A stretch of DNA of 64,000 nucleotides from Corallochytrium limacisporum Hawaii. Its lineage: Eukaryota > Protista > Pluriformea. The position numbers were made by a program, and so were the translations under genes. Position 1 is the stretch's first letter. The number at the start of each line of letters is the position of its first letter. This document shows positions 11,319 to 21,904 of this stretch, in pieces. The notes under the pieces were generated by a model, which saw nothing but the letters and a program-made list of their open reading frames with translations, was not told the origin of the DNA and did no database searches. The stretch lies in contig PDIP01000039.1 in assembly GCA_002811645.1 (NCBI GenBank), positions 173,672 to 237,671 of the forward strand. Direction: 5' to 3'.

Positions 11319-11816
11319 ATGGATGCAAACAAGAAGCAGGAGGTAAAGGAAATCCCTCTCTTGAAAACAAAAGCCGGGCCTTCTGATGCACAGGACTGGG
11401 TTACACGCCTTAAGGAAGAGTACGGTGCTTTGATCAAGTACATTGAACTGAACAAAGCCAGGAATAATGATTGGTTTAATATAACAAGCACAGAAGACGG
11501 ACTAAACTGGTCAGGAAAGTGCTGGGTGTACTACAATCATCAGAAGTACATGGTAGAGTTCAACTTTGAGATCCCGGCCCTGTATCCTACTGTACCACCG
11601 GAGATTAAAGTCGAAAGCTTGGACGGTTTGACAGCGAAAATGTACCGGGGAGGCGCCATTTGTCTGAGCGATCACTTCAAACCGCTGTGGAGCCGGAATA
11701 TTCCACGCTTTGGAATTGCACAGGCCGTAGCTCTGGGCCTAGGACCATGGATCGCGGTTGAGCTACCCTTGTTGGCGGACAAAAACTTGATCCAGCCAAC
11801 GACGGAAGAGTCATGA
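11319..11816 (+). CDS. UFC1: UFM1-conjugating enzyme 1
   Basis: IPLLKTKAGP, RLKEEYGALIKY, LDGLTAKMYRGGAICLSDHFKPLWSRNIPRFG. Confidence 0.96.
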   Translation: MDANKKQEVKEIPLLKTKAGPSDAQDWVTRLKEEYGALIKYIELNKARNNDWFNITSTEDGLNWSGKCWVYYNHQKYMVEFNFEIPALYPTVPPEIKVESLDGLTAKMYRGGAICLSDHFKPLWSRNIPRFGIAQAVALGLGPWIAVELPLLADKNLIQPTTEES

Positions 11817-11859
11817 CAGATGTTCCTGTGAAATATATTCTGTGTATATGTGTATATGT

Positions 11860-11886
11860 TGTGTGTGTGTGTGTGTGTGTGTGTGT
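11860..11886. repeat. (TG)n microsatellite in the 91-bp gap between two convergent genes
   Basis: Direct observation. Confidence 0.9.
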
Positions 11887-11907
11887 AAGGAATCGGTGAA
11901 TTGCAGT

Positions 11908-14900
11908 TCAAGACAAGGGGCGACGCAAACGCATGAAGAACGCATCGGCACATTCGTTCGATCCGGCTGGGTAGAAATGGGAGTAGAATCCGGGGATAAA
12001 CTCTTCGGGCTTGAAGCCAAATCGTTGGTAGAGGACCATGGCCGAGTTTGTGAGGCTAACATGAAGTGTGATGTCCTTGTCCATGACCCGCTGGCACAAA
12101 TAGTAGATCATGAAACTGGCAATACCAGAGTGGCGGTAGTCTGGATGCACACAAAGGTGCGTGATGTAGCCAGCGGGTGTGATGAATCCACAACCAATAA
12201 TCAGGCGCTTGTACAAACAAACAACTGAGTAATCTGGGTACTGCAGGGAGTCTTCCATGTCGATACCATGCCACATAAATGCCCGCAGCAGTTCATTAAT
12301 CGCAGGAATATGACTGGAACGGACATGAACGTATTCAATTGGTGCAAACTCATCTGCAGTATCATCCTCTGACAGACCCATAATCTTGCCCCGCATGCGC
12401 ACAGTATCAAGACATTGCAATTTCGGCGGTCGAGTGGTATAGTCTCGCCAAATGAACGGTCTCAGAGTCTTGCCAGTATACGGCGAGACGATGGGTACTG
12501 CTCCCAGAGCAGCGGATGCAGTAGACGGACCTTCATTGAGCAGAGCGAAGCGCAACATCTGAATGTTCTGTCGGTTGTCTGCCTTCATCAGACTGAGATC
12601 TTGCAGACTATCGAGCTGTGCCTGACCGTTGAGTGCCAATAGCTCCTTCGAACGCATCCTCGTGGAACGATCGAACAGACCGTCGCGCGGAGCCGGGTGG
12701 TGAGTGATGCGTCGAGCATCCGGTCCCTCATACCACTGTGTCCTATTCATCATGCTCGCCATGTACTCTGTAATGCTGAAGGGTTGGCCCCCTTTCATAC
12801 GCTTCAGTTGCCGCAGACTAAGCTTGCGGTGCAAACGTGCCAACATTGGACTGGAATACACATTGTACATCTGGATCAAATGACGTAGCACGATGCTTTC
12901 TTCCACGGGACCAACGGTGGTTGCAGCGGCGATAGCAAACATGTTTTCCAGCGGGATCTGTTGCTGTCCCAGATGATCTCCTGCACCATGGCCCATACCG
13001 AAAGGTGCAGTGCCGTCTAGATATGCGTGAGGGTCAGAAGCACCCATCATGAGCTGAGCATCCACTCCGGTGCTGAACGGTTGGTCGACGTGGAAGTCTG
13101 GCTCCGGTACATCTGGCACCTCTCCGAGCATTTGAGAGGTCGTGCGGCGCCTAGCAGAGCCACGCCCCTTCTTTGCCTTCTTCTTCGCCTTGCCCTTGGC
13201 CTTCGCCTTCTTCTTGGAGGGAGGCGGCGGCTCATTGGCCTTAGGATTTAGAATGCGGTTGATGACAACTTGTGCCAAGGTGTCATTTCCACTAATCTCG
13301 ATTAACTTCTGCATAGCTGTGTCGTCGCCCGCAGAAGCCAATGGGGCCAGATGGCGGTACAAGACCTCGTTCATTTCTGTGGTGTCTCCTTTACACAGGC
13401 TAAGTAAGCGCTTCTCAGCCTTGCCTTCCTTACGGAGGGCGTACGGGGCCAAGGCCTTCTTGAGTTCCATGTGTGCGGCCGCTTCGCCTCCACAAAGAGC
13501 GATGAGCTCTTGCATACTCTCCACTGTGATGTCACCAGCAGCGATTTGTTCAGAGAGCATTTTGATCTTCTCAGTTTTTTTCTTACGGCCACGCTTACGA
13601 GGACCGGTGGCAACAGCGTCTACAGCGGAGCGATCGGACGCTTGACTTACTGTGCGTGCTCTTGTGACTCTTGTGGGAGCTTGCAACGGCAGTTTTGCCT
13701 TTTCCTTCGTCGGCTTGGCAGCCTTGACCTTCACACTAGCCTTCTTCGAGACCGCAGCACCTGCTTCCTTCTTGGCAGAGGCAGTGGCGCGTTCTTTCTC
13801 TTCACGCTGTTTGCGCCGCTCTTCGCGACGCTTTCGTTTTTCTTCCTTGACCCTGGCTTTCTCTTTGCGAAGTTCTTCCAGTTTCTTCCGCTTAGCCTCC
13901 AGCTTTTCTTTGCGGCGCTTCGCCTTGGCCTCCTCTGCCAGTTTCAGTTTTGCTTCTCTCCTTTCCGCGCGTGCTTTGCGCTTTTCTTCGAGATTCCTTA
14001 CGCGCTCTTCTTCCTTTTTGCGCTTCTTCTCTTCGCGCAGGGCGCGTTTCTCCTGACGAATCCTTTCCTTTTCTTCTTCTCTAGCCTGACGCTCTGCTTG
14101 AGCCTGTGCGGCACTTTCAGCACTCTCACCGGTATCCTGTGTGGTCTGACCTCTCAGGCGGGCGATGTGTTCTCTGATCTGTGCTACTTTCTCGATACGA
14201 CCTTTGATACCGGGCGGTGGAGGTGCATCCACGATCAAAGACCACCAACCAGCAGCATGTAGGACTTCATTGCCACTGATAAAGACTTTGCGGTTAGCAG
14301 TCAAAGTTGAGGCTACACGATTCGCCCAATTTTTGGACCTTGTACGACCGGGCATGTAATATTCCCAATCGTTATCAATGACTCCTACAATATCTCTGAA
14401 CTTGTGCCACTTACGACCGTCAGCATCACGCACCTTGAGCTTCTTTTTCACTGATTCGGGGTACCGACCGTGAATCATATTGAAGATAACGACATGCGCC
14501 AAATCGATCCAAGCAACAGGGGCTCGCTCAAGATATTCATGGCCGTCGCCGCACACGCTACACAGGAACCACCAGTAGTGATCACCAAAGGCTAAAATGC
14601 ATTTTGCACGACTGGGCTGCATACAGCCTTTGTGAAACCATTGATTACAGCTCAGGCACTTAACCATGGCTTCTGTATGGGTCCGGTCTTTACCACAATA
14701 ACAGTATTGCTCTTGTTCGTTCTTGAAGCCATTGTCATCCCATTTCAAGGCCTTGAGATCGTAAGGAAACTCTTTCGGGCCTTCAGGATCATCCTCATGA
14801 CAGACAGCACCACGTTCTTCCGCAGCCCACTTTCTGTATTCTTCTGCGGTGACCTCTTCTTCAACTCCATTCTCTCTTTTGATAATATATACCTGGTCTC

Positions 14901-15435
14901 TGGTAGCTTGTTTTCCATTGCCTGTGGTGGTTGAGGACCCAGCAGCAGCTGTAGAATGCCCGTTTGTTGAACCTTTCGCCCGCGTATCGCTGTTGTTTGC
15001 CATGTCTTTCGCTGCCGCTTTGCCGCCCTGCTTACCTCCCTGCTTACCGCCTTGCTTTCCTCCTTGCTTTCCTCCTTGCTTTCCTCCTTGTTTTCCACCT
15101 TTACCTCTGCTGCCTTGACTTGTTGGTTCAGACGTATCAGGTTTCGGAGGCTCAGATGCCTGTTCAGGCTCTTCTGTTACTGTAGGCATATTCTTGCTTC
15201 CCTTTCCAGATCCTTTGCCACTGGCAGGTTTACGCGTAGGGCTACTTTCCCTGTTTGCATTTGCCGCACTGCTGCCACTGGCGCTGCGGGTTCGCTTCCC
15301 AGTTGCCTGTTCGTTAGAACCCGACACGCCTGCATCGGAAGCTTGGCTCCTAGTCCTTTTCCGTGCAATAGTTTCAGCATTTTCAGGACTTTGATCAGGG
15401 CCTTCTTCTTTAAATTTAGCTCTTGTTGAAACCAT
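11908..15435 (-). CDS. KAT14: KAT14/CSRP2BP (ATAC2)-like lysine acetyltransferase: PHD finger, winged-helix-like region, coiled coil, C-terminal GNAT
   Basis: YCYCG...CLSCNQWFHKGC...FLCSVC; C-terminal SPYTGKTLRPFIWRD, WHGIDMEDSLQYPDYSVVCLYKRLIIGCGF, VHPDYRHSGIASFMIY, TLHVS, LYQRFGFKPEEF. Confidence 0.85.
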   Translation of the reverse strand: MVSTRAKFKEEGPDQSPENAETIARKRTRSQASDAGVSGSNEQATGKRTRSASGSSAANANRESSPTRKPASGKGSGKGSKNMPTVTEEPEQASEPPKPDTSEPTSQGSRGKGGKQGGKQGGKQGGKQGGKQGGKQGGKAAAKDMANNSDTRAKGSTNGHSTAAAGSSTTTGNGKQATRDQVYIIKRENGVEEEVTAEEYRKWAAEERGAVCHEDDPEGPKEFPYDLKALKWDDNGFKNEQEQYCYCGKDRTHTEAMVKCLSCNQWFHKGCMQPSRAKCILAFGDHYWWFLCSVCGDGHEYLERAPVAWIDLAHVVIFNMIHGRYPESVKKKLKVRDADGRKWHKFRDIVGVIDNDWEYYMPGRTRSKNWANRVASTLTANRKVFISGNEVLHAAGWWSLIVDAPPPPGIKGRIEKVAQIREHIARLRGQTTQDTGESAESAAQAQAERQAREEEKERIRQEKRALREEKKRKKEEERVRNLEEKRKARAERREAKLKLAEEAKAKRRKEKLEAKRKKLEELRKEKARVKEEKRKRREERRKQREEKERATASAKKEAGAAVSKKASVKVKAAKPTKEKAKLPLQAPTRVTRARTVSQASDRSAVDAVATGPRKRGRKKKTEKIKMLSEQIAAGDITVESMQELIALCGGEAAAHMELKKALAPYALRKEGKAEKRLLSLCKGDTTEMNEVLYRHLAPLASAGDDTAMQKLIEISGNDTLAQVVINRILNPKANEPPPPSKKKAKAKGKAKKKAKKGRGSARRRTTSQMLGEVPDVPEPDFHVDQPFSTGVDAQLMMGASDPHAYLDGTAPFGMGHGAGDHLGQQQIPLENMFAIAAATTVGPVEESIVLRHLIQMYNVYSSPMLARLHRKLSLRQLKRMKGGQPFSITEYMASMMNRTQWYEGPDARRITHHPAPRDGLFDRSTRMRSKELLALNGQAQLDSLQDLSLMKADNRQNIQMLRFALLNEGPSTASAALGAVPIVSPYTGKTLRPFIWRDYTTRPPKLQCLDTVRMRGKIMGLSEDDTADEFAPIEYVHVRSSHIPAINELLRAFMWHGIDMEDSLQYPDYSVVCLYKRLIIGCGFITPAGYITHLCVHPDYRHSGIASFMIYYLCQRVMDKDITLHVSLTNSAMVLYQRFGFKPEEFIPGFYSHFYPAGSNECADAFFMRLRRPLS
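15019..15102 (-). repeat. Coding 12-bp tandem repeat (GGKQ)x6
   Basis: CTTTCCTCCTTG-type units on the + strand. Confidence 0.9.
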
Positions 15436-16164
15436 ATTTAGTGATCTCTTGTAGTGTACTCGTAAAATGAATAGTTCTTCTTACATTATGAAATCGAAAT
15501 AGATCGCAGTATTCTAAAAATGTGAACCGGGAATTCAACCCCATGGAATGGATATCACTCCATTAAAAATTGTATTAAAATCATTACGTACTGCAATGAA
15601 TAAAGTAGCTCAAGTCCTTTGTTTAGCTTTACAGGGTCAAGAGGGTTCTTGCTGCACCACGCCCCGGCCCTCGAAAATGAGCGACGTGCCGGAGTCTCCC
15701 GGCTAGGTCCCCAGACCCAGATAGGTCCCGAAAAATCTCCAGCTCACACATCCCATACAAAATATTCTGTAATTCGAACCTATGTTTCAACACTACCCCA
15801 GGATACTCTCCCGTAGTTCCAACCAAGTCGTTAAGGAATTTTCGATGCCAGTGGAGGGTCTTTGCGTGTACACGGGAGAGCGACAGGGGGAGACTACACA
15901 CAAAAAAAAATTGGAAGAACTCGCGCCACACACAACGAGACCCGATCTCTCCAAACAAAACAAAAAAATCGAGGCAAATTTTTCACAAAAAAAAACTTAC
16001 CTTCTTCGCTTGGAGCTGCTTAATTTCGCCAATTTCTAGGGGCAGTAATGAGAGCTTTCCCGTGTTTTCCCAACCGCCATTTGCCCAGTGAAGCCCTGCG
16101 GACTTATTTCTGGGAATTTCGGACTGGCCGCCACGTCCCTTGGGCCATGCTTTTCGACCGAGAA

Positions 16165-16185
16165 TCCGGTACTTTCAGTACCGGA
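16165..16185. promoter_or_regulatory. Perfect gapped palindrome TCCGGTAC-TTTCA-GTACCGGA; best copy of a recurrent intergenic motif
   Basis: Direct observation; about 19 related copies in intergenic DNA. Regulatory role is inferred. Confidence 0.5.
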
Positions 16186-16693
16186 GGGTAAGTTTCCGTG
16201 TGGGGCTTCGAGCTGGCGCCGAACTGGGTCCTCCCTTCCCTGGCGGGGGGAGGCGGGGTGAGGGGGCATGTGAACGGAGTCCATTTTCCCTCAAAAAAAA
16301 GAACACATTTGCGCGGTGTCTCCCATATCGATATTCCGCAGTTACCAGTACTTTAACTATGGGAAGAGGATCCGGGAGGAGAAGTGTGTTTCTGGAGAGG
16401 TGCTTTTTGGTCCACCGCGTGTTGTGTGTGTTTCAATACATTCAGTATGGACACGGGAAAGCACCAGGGTGAGAGCGAACTGGGCTGGTTGGGACCCTGG
16501 AAAACAGTACTTTCAGTATTGGTGGATGAATTTCACACACAACGGAACCTACCCGGTGTGAGGGTTTTGGAGGGAAATATTCAAACGCTACGGAACCCGG
16601 CTCAGACCCAGTGCGCGCAGTGTGTCGGAGAGCCTAGACGGTCATTCACGGTGGTCGATTTGCGCATCGATGGTGTAGATAATACGGAATATA

Positions 16694-18595
16694 TTACAAT
16701 GCATTCGCTTCCCTTTCCACGAGAGAATTTATACCAATTTCTGCATAGGAACCGTCCTGTGTGCGCACTGCAACTCCGTCCTTGTTGATGACGACAACGC
16801 TGGTGCCAAACTTGTACAACGGCAGTCCCTGATGGGTGCGGCCTGGAATTGGGGTAAAGAGGATGCCTCGAGACTCGGCAGTGCGATGGAGATAATCTTT
16901 CAAGGTTGCTCCATCAGCAAGCGACCGTTCAATGCCATCATTTCCTCCCCGCGCACTCTCCTTTGCCCGCTTTGCCTGACCATTCTGATTTTGGACCAGA
17001 ACATTCACATTGCCGTTGAGCAGGACGTCTATGGTGAGCAAAACCTCCGAGAACACATCACGTACAGATCGATGCTGTATGATTCTCGGCTCCGCAAGTC
17101 CACGCGCCCTGCGATAGAATACCAAGATGTCACTCTTCCCGAATCCACTACTAATCATATTCTGGGTGCGGTCACGCACGTACGGCATGAATTCGAGATC
17201 CATGACGCGGGCAAGCAAGGTGGATCCGGTAACCTGTACAAGAGCAGGCAGGACGCTCAAGAGCTTCTCTTCAGCCTCCATATCATCTTCATCCCGGATT
17301 TTCCTCAGCAACATCGTATACTCTGGTAGAAGTAGTTTGGTCACTACCGCCTTCCACCGTCTCGTCTCAACAATGGTCACCCAAGGGGTGAGCATGGCCA
17401 AAGTCTCAGGTGAAAGTGCACGATTGTTCGAATCCTCCGGTATCATGGTCTCCCATGTCGACAGAACTAGGTCGATAGCCGGCTGCATTGCATCGTCCAA
17501 GACAGGCAGCCATGGGAGAATTGATTTGTTCACACAGCTAAGTACATCGCTCCAATGCATTTGTCTTAGAAGACTCTCAAGCCTTGCACAAAGCACGGTT
17601 GCAATTGTCAATCGGCAATGGCTCGTCAGATAGTCTCGCATGTGACGTATTCTATCAATGATCAGATTGTCGGGAGTAATTTCTTCTCGAGTCCCAACAA
17701 GCAACGCCATTGGCTGTGCAAAAGTCAGGAACACAAGATTTGCCATGGAGTCATCGGCCCATTGCTCATCACCACCACTGATGCTCCTGAGAACTGCATA
17801 AGCGTCTGGTAAAGCAGCCAGATATGCTTCAAACAAACCGTCGTCACTAAGGCTCCCGTCAGTTAATTGGAGCTTCTCTTCTAGCACTTCGATCAAACGT
17901 TCCGATTTCTTTAAGATGTGTGCCTCGGCCGAATCTTCCTTGACTCTATGCCTCACTTGGCTCAGTGTACTCGTCTGATTGTCTTTGTCCACCTCCATGT
18001 CCTCATAAATCTCACTAATGAGATTTTCCACCTCATGCTTCATGTCTTCGGGATCAATCTCGAGAGCCTTGGAGTCGCTCAGCAACTCCTCTTCAGTTGA
18101 CAGCTTTCGCACTTGCTTCGCTGCAAGTGCCTCCAGAGGTTCATGGAGTCCAAGACCACCCAGTTTGCTTCCAAGTCCTGCTTGAAACGCATGTGTATCT
18201 TCCCTGGAGCCATCATCAACGCCCGCAAATCCTAATCCCACACCTTGTGGACGCAAGCTCGCTTCTATCGGCTTCGAGATTCCCGTTCTCCCCTTGCCCA
18301 GACCTTTGCCCGGTTGATATCCCATTTTCGCCAGCAGTTTGGATCCTATCCCTTTCGTGTGTGTCTCCCAGGAACCAGTACCAGCCTGATCATTTAACCC
18401 GGGAGCACTTTTCGATAAGTCCTCGGAGCGTGATCCAAGGCCACCACGGCTGTGTTCGTTACCAATGCGAGGGCGTTGAACGTCATCGTCGGAGTTACTA
18501 GCTATTGACTCACTGCTAACGGATTCAGCACTATTCCGATGCGTTCGTCTGCGCTTACGTAGATTAACTTCTTCGTCGGAACTTGAGTAAGCCAT
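16694..18595 (-). CDS. TFIP11: TFIP11/Ntr1 G-patch spliceosome disassembly factor (divergent)
   Basis: G-patch WETHTKGIGSKLLAKMGYQPGKGLGK..GISKPI...RPQGVGLG; C-terminal LKDYL...AESRGILFTPIPGRTHQGLPLYKFG. Confidence 0.8.
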   Translation of the reverse strand: MAYSSSDEEVNLRKRRRTHRNSAESVSSESIASNSDDDVQRPRIGNEHSRGGLGSRSEDLSKSAPGLNDQAGTGSWETHTKGIGSKLLAKMGYQPGKGLGKGRTGISKPIEASLRPQGVGLGFAGVDDGSREDTHAFQAGLGSKLGGLGLHEPLEALAAKQVRKLSTEEELLSDSKALEIDPEDMKHEVENLISEIYEDMEVDKDNQTSTLSQVRHRVKEDSAEAHILKKSERLIEVLEEKLQLTDGSLSDDGLFEAYLAALPDAYAVLRSISGGDEQWADDSMANLVFLTFAQPMALLVGTREEITPDNLIIDRIRHMRDYLTSHCRLTIATVLCARLESLLRQMHWSDVLSCVNKSILPWLPVLDDAMQPAIDLVLSTWETMIPEDSNNRALSPETLAMLTPWVTIVETRRWKAVVTKLLLPEYTMLLRKIRDEDDMEAEEKLLSVLPALVQVTGSTLLARVMDLEFMPYVRDRTQNMISSGFGKSDILVFYRRARGLAEPRIIQHRSVRDVFSEVLLTIDVLLNGNVNVLVQNQNGQAKRAKESARGGNDGIERSLADGATLKDYLHRTAESRGILFTPIPGRTHQGLPLYKFGTSVVVINKDGVAVRTQDGSYAEIGINSLVEREANAL

Positions 18596-19314
18596 ATTCC
18601 CAGCATGCTGTGCTAAGATCTAAACTTCTCGACCCATGTAGTTTTGATAGCACCGCCGTGCGATGTAAGTCTCTCACATACTTAAAGCAAATTCTCCAGT
18701 CTACAGCAGAATCCTCTGTCTCGTATATAACAAGCCCGTTGCGGTTTTTTCATAACGAACGAAGAAGATCATACTGAAGGACCAGATCCTGTCCACCTAT
18801 CGAAGGTCTTCAAGCGGCGCCGTCTGAAGGTTCGCCTCTTCCTCCTGGGCTTCGGCTCCAATTCGAAGAACGTGGAATCCCTCTCCCCAAGTACTGAAAG
18901 TACCGCGCGGCTCAGAAACCCGCCTTTTGCCTTTTACTACTCTGGGGTGCGCGCCGAGGGCTGTGGAGCCGCCGGTACAGGGTGGCCCCCCTCCCGGGGG
19001 GAGGGGGGATGGCATGCGGTGCACACCGTTCACACCGGCCGCGACGGAGCCATATATCGCGAGATTGGGTGGGTCACTAGCGCTGGGTGGTGTGTGCGCA
19101 ATGTGGGAGGGGGGCAGGGCACGGTTGAAGGGATTTTGGAGCAGACTGCATTCCGCATGGTTCAATAGCGGTGTGCCACATTCAGGAATCTTCACGGTAT
19201 TTCAAGATGTGATTTTTCGTGTGTTTTCTGAAATCTCCGGTATCACACAGACAAATGTTTTAGTAGCGATCAGGAGACCAGCATGTTCAGGTAGACGACA
19301 TGACACTACGGTGA

Positions 19315-21825
19315 ATGAGAATACTCGAAACCAAGATGGGCATGCATCCGCAGAAACAGAGAGCCCTAAATGGACGAAAGTTTGCCCAGAGGCAAACGCA
19401 TGCGCATAGTGGGCATCAGAAGGGAAAGTCTACGAAATATCGCTTCAATGCCAAATCTGATGCTCTGGAACGGCCGGACATTACGCAGCAGGTCAGTGAG
19501 CCGGACTTTCTTGACCGCCAGGAGGACACGACCAAATTCTCACAGCTGCCACTTAGCTCACGGACACAGGCAGGCCTGCGGGATGCAGGATATACAACTA
19601 TGACTTCAGTACAGTGTAAAAGTGTGGGACGAGCATTGACGGGACGGAATGTGCTTGGAGCAGCCAAGACCGGTTCCGGCAAAACCTTGGCCTTTGTCAT
19701 CCCCATGCTCGAGCGACTGTGGCACGAGAAATGGTCACGCCTCGATGGCCTCGGTGCTCTTATTGTGACCCCTACACGAGAACTTGCCTATCAGATTTAT
19801 GAGGTTTTGCGTACAGTCGGAAAGTACCATGAGTTTAGTGCGGCCCTTGTGATCGGTGGCAAGGATCTGAGGGAAGAAGAGAATCGTCTCAGGCAGACGA
19901 ATATTCTTATCTGTACGCCAGGGCGATTGCTGCAACATTTGGACGAGACCGCTGCAGTTTCAACAGACAATCTACAGCTGTTCATTCTCGACGAGGCAGA
20001 TATGATAATGAGCATGGGATTCCAAAAGACAATGGACGCCATCATTGACCACGTACCCAAAACTGTCCAGACCTTGCTTTTCTCTGCCACGCAGACTAAG
20101 AGTGTCAATGACATGGTTAGATTGAGACTCAAAGATCCTGATTACGTTGCCGTGCACGAGAATGATGCTACAACCACTCCAGACAAACTGCTTCAGACTT
20201 ATGTTGTGTGCGACGCGCCCATCAAGATGAACGTGCTGTTTTCCTTCCTGCGGACCCACACCAAAGCCAAGATCCTCATCTTTATGTCCAGCTGTAAGCA
20301 AGTTCGATATGTCTTTGAGGCTTTGAGGAAGCTGAGACCGGGGATTCCGCTAATGCATCTTCACGGCAAGCAGAAGCAAAACACTCGTGTAGCGATATAC
20401 GACGAATTCACTCGCAAGAACCATGCAGCTTTGTTTGCAACAGATATTGCTGCCCGTGGCCTGGATTTCCCTGAAGTCCACTGGGTTGTGCAAATGGACT
20501 GTCCAGACAATGTTGAGACGTACATTCATCGCGTGGGTCGTACTGCTCGCTTCCACAAGGATGGTAGGGCATTGCTCATGCTCACATCGTCCGAAGAGGA
20601 GGCATTTGTAGAAGAATTGAACAAGAAGAAAATTCCCATCAATGAGATTGAAATCAATCCTACCAAGACACAAGATATCACCGACAAATTGGCTGGACTG
20701 TGTTCCGCGGACCCAGAATTGAAATACCTGGCTCAAAAGGCTGTTGTGAGCTACACTCGTTCCATCTACCTCCAGAAACGCAAAGACATTTTCAGTCTTG
20801 ATGACCTCGACGTCGACGATCTAGCTCGCAGTTACGGCTTGCTGAACCCACCGAAGATTAAGTTTGCCAAGAAGGTCAAGAAGATTGTTGGGGATACAAG
20901 GGGCAATGTGAGTGCGACGAAGAGCAAGAAGATGTCCAATGAAGAAGCCATGCTGAAGCGGTTGGAGAAGACTGCGTTCGGAAGCGATGGAGAAGAGGAA
21001 GACGAACATGAGGATGAGGGTGTCAAAACGAAGGAGCTCAAGCGAAAGACCAAATTGGACAAGATGTTTGATCGCAAGAATAACACAATCCTCTCTGGCG
21101 CCCGGCAGGCCATGCAGGATGAGATCTTGAAGTCTGGTATGAGTGCCTTCGACGCCGGCGCAGGTAATAGCGACGATGATGACGAAGAGGAGGATGTGTT
21201 AATGCCCAAGTCAGGCCGTCAGCAGCATCATGACTTTGATGATGATGACGACGATCTCCCTGTCCCAGACCGCAAGACTATCAAGTCCAAGACTGTTCTC
21301 GCACAAGCCAAAAAAGCTGCCCGCAAGGGTATCAAGATGAATACCAAGATCGTATTCGACGAAGACACGGGAGAAGTGAAGGAGGTGCAGGGTCCTGTTG
21401 CTGACGATGGTGATGCAAAGGGTCTTGATTTGCGCAAGGCAGCTGCGGAGATGCGTCTGCGCGATCAAGAAGATCGGCTTCGTGAACGTGAGCGTGTCAA
21501 GGAGAAACATCGTGAGAAACGTTTGAAAGAACGCAAGAAACGTAAGGAAGATGGCGGCGGCGAAGGTCCAATTGCGCGCCTTGCCAGTATTGCCGATGAA
21601 AGCGATGAAGACGATGGTCCTCTGAGCGATGGTATCAACTATGATGATCTGAGCAGTGACGATGATGACGGCGCGGCTGTTTACGATCCCACCAAACATG
21701 GGAGCCCAAGGAAGAAGCGAGCGCGCAAGAGTGGAGATGACACGTCCGTTAAAAAGAGAGTCCGTGCTGCCGACGACGACCTGGCCACTGCTGAAGAAAT
21801 GGCTCTGGCAATGCTCGAAGAATGA
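19315..21825 (+). CDS. DDX10: DEAD-box RNA helicase DDX10/Dbp4
   Basis: GAAKTGSGKTLAF, WSRLDGLGALIVTPTRELA, DEAD, SATQTKSV, ARGLDFP, YIHRVGRTAR. Exact start uncertain (19315 or 19336). Confidence 0.93.
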   Translation: MRILETKMGMHPQKQRALNGRKFAQRQTHAHSGHQKGKSTKYRFNAKSDALERPDITQQVSEPDFLDRQEDTTKFSQLPLSSRTQAGLRDAGYTTMTSVQCKSVGRALTGRNVLGAAKTGSGKTLAFVIPMLERLWHEKWSRLDGLGALIVTPTRELAYQIYEVLRTVGKYHEFSAALVIGGKDLREEENRLRQTNILICTPGRLLQHLDETAAVSTDNLQLFILDEADMIMSMGFQKTMDAIIDHVPKTVQTLLFSATQTKSVNDMVRLRLKDPDYVAVHENDATTTPDKLLQTYVVCDAPIKMNVLFSFLRTHTKAKILIFMSSCKQVRYVFEALRKLRPGIPLMHLHGKQKQNTRVAIYDEFTRKNHAALFATDIAARGLDFPEVHWVVQMDCPDNVETYIHRVGRTARFHKDGRALLMLTSSEEEAFVEELNKKKIPINEIEINPTKTQDITDKLAGLCSADPELKYLAQKAVVSYTRSIYLQKRKDIFSLDDLDVDDLARSYGLLNPPKIKFAKKVKKIVGDTRGNVSATKSKKMSNEEAMLKRLEKTAFGSDGEEEDEHEDEGVKTKELKRKTKLDKMFDRKNNTILSGARQAMQDEILKSGMSAFDAGAGNSDDDDEEEDVLMPKSGRQQHHDFDDDDDDLPVPDRKTIKSKTVLAQAKKAARKGIKMNTKIVFDEDTGEVKEVQGPVADDGDAKGLDLRKAAAEMRLRDQEDRLRERERVKEKHREKRLKERKKRKEDGGGEGPIARLASIADESDEDDGPLSDGINYDDLSSDDDDGAAVYDPTKHGSPRKKRARKSGDDTSVKKRVRAADDDLATAEEMALAMLEE

Positions 21826-21904
21826 AGGTTTAAGCATGAACACGGTATCTCAACCGTGAAATATAGTTATCCTTGTATAGTAATCTCATTAAGTGTGAGT
21901 GACC

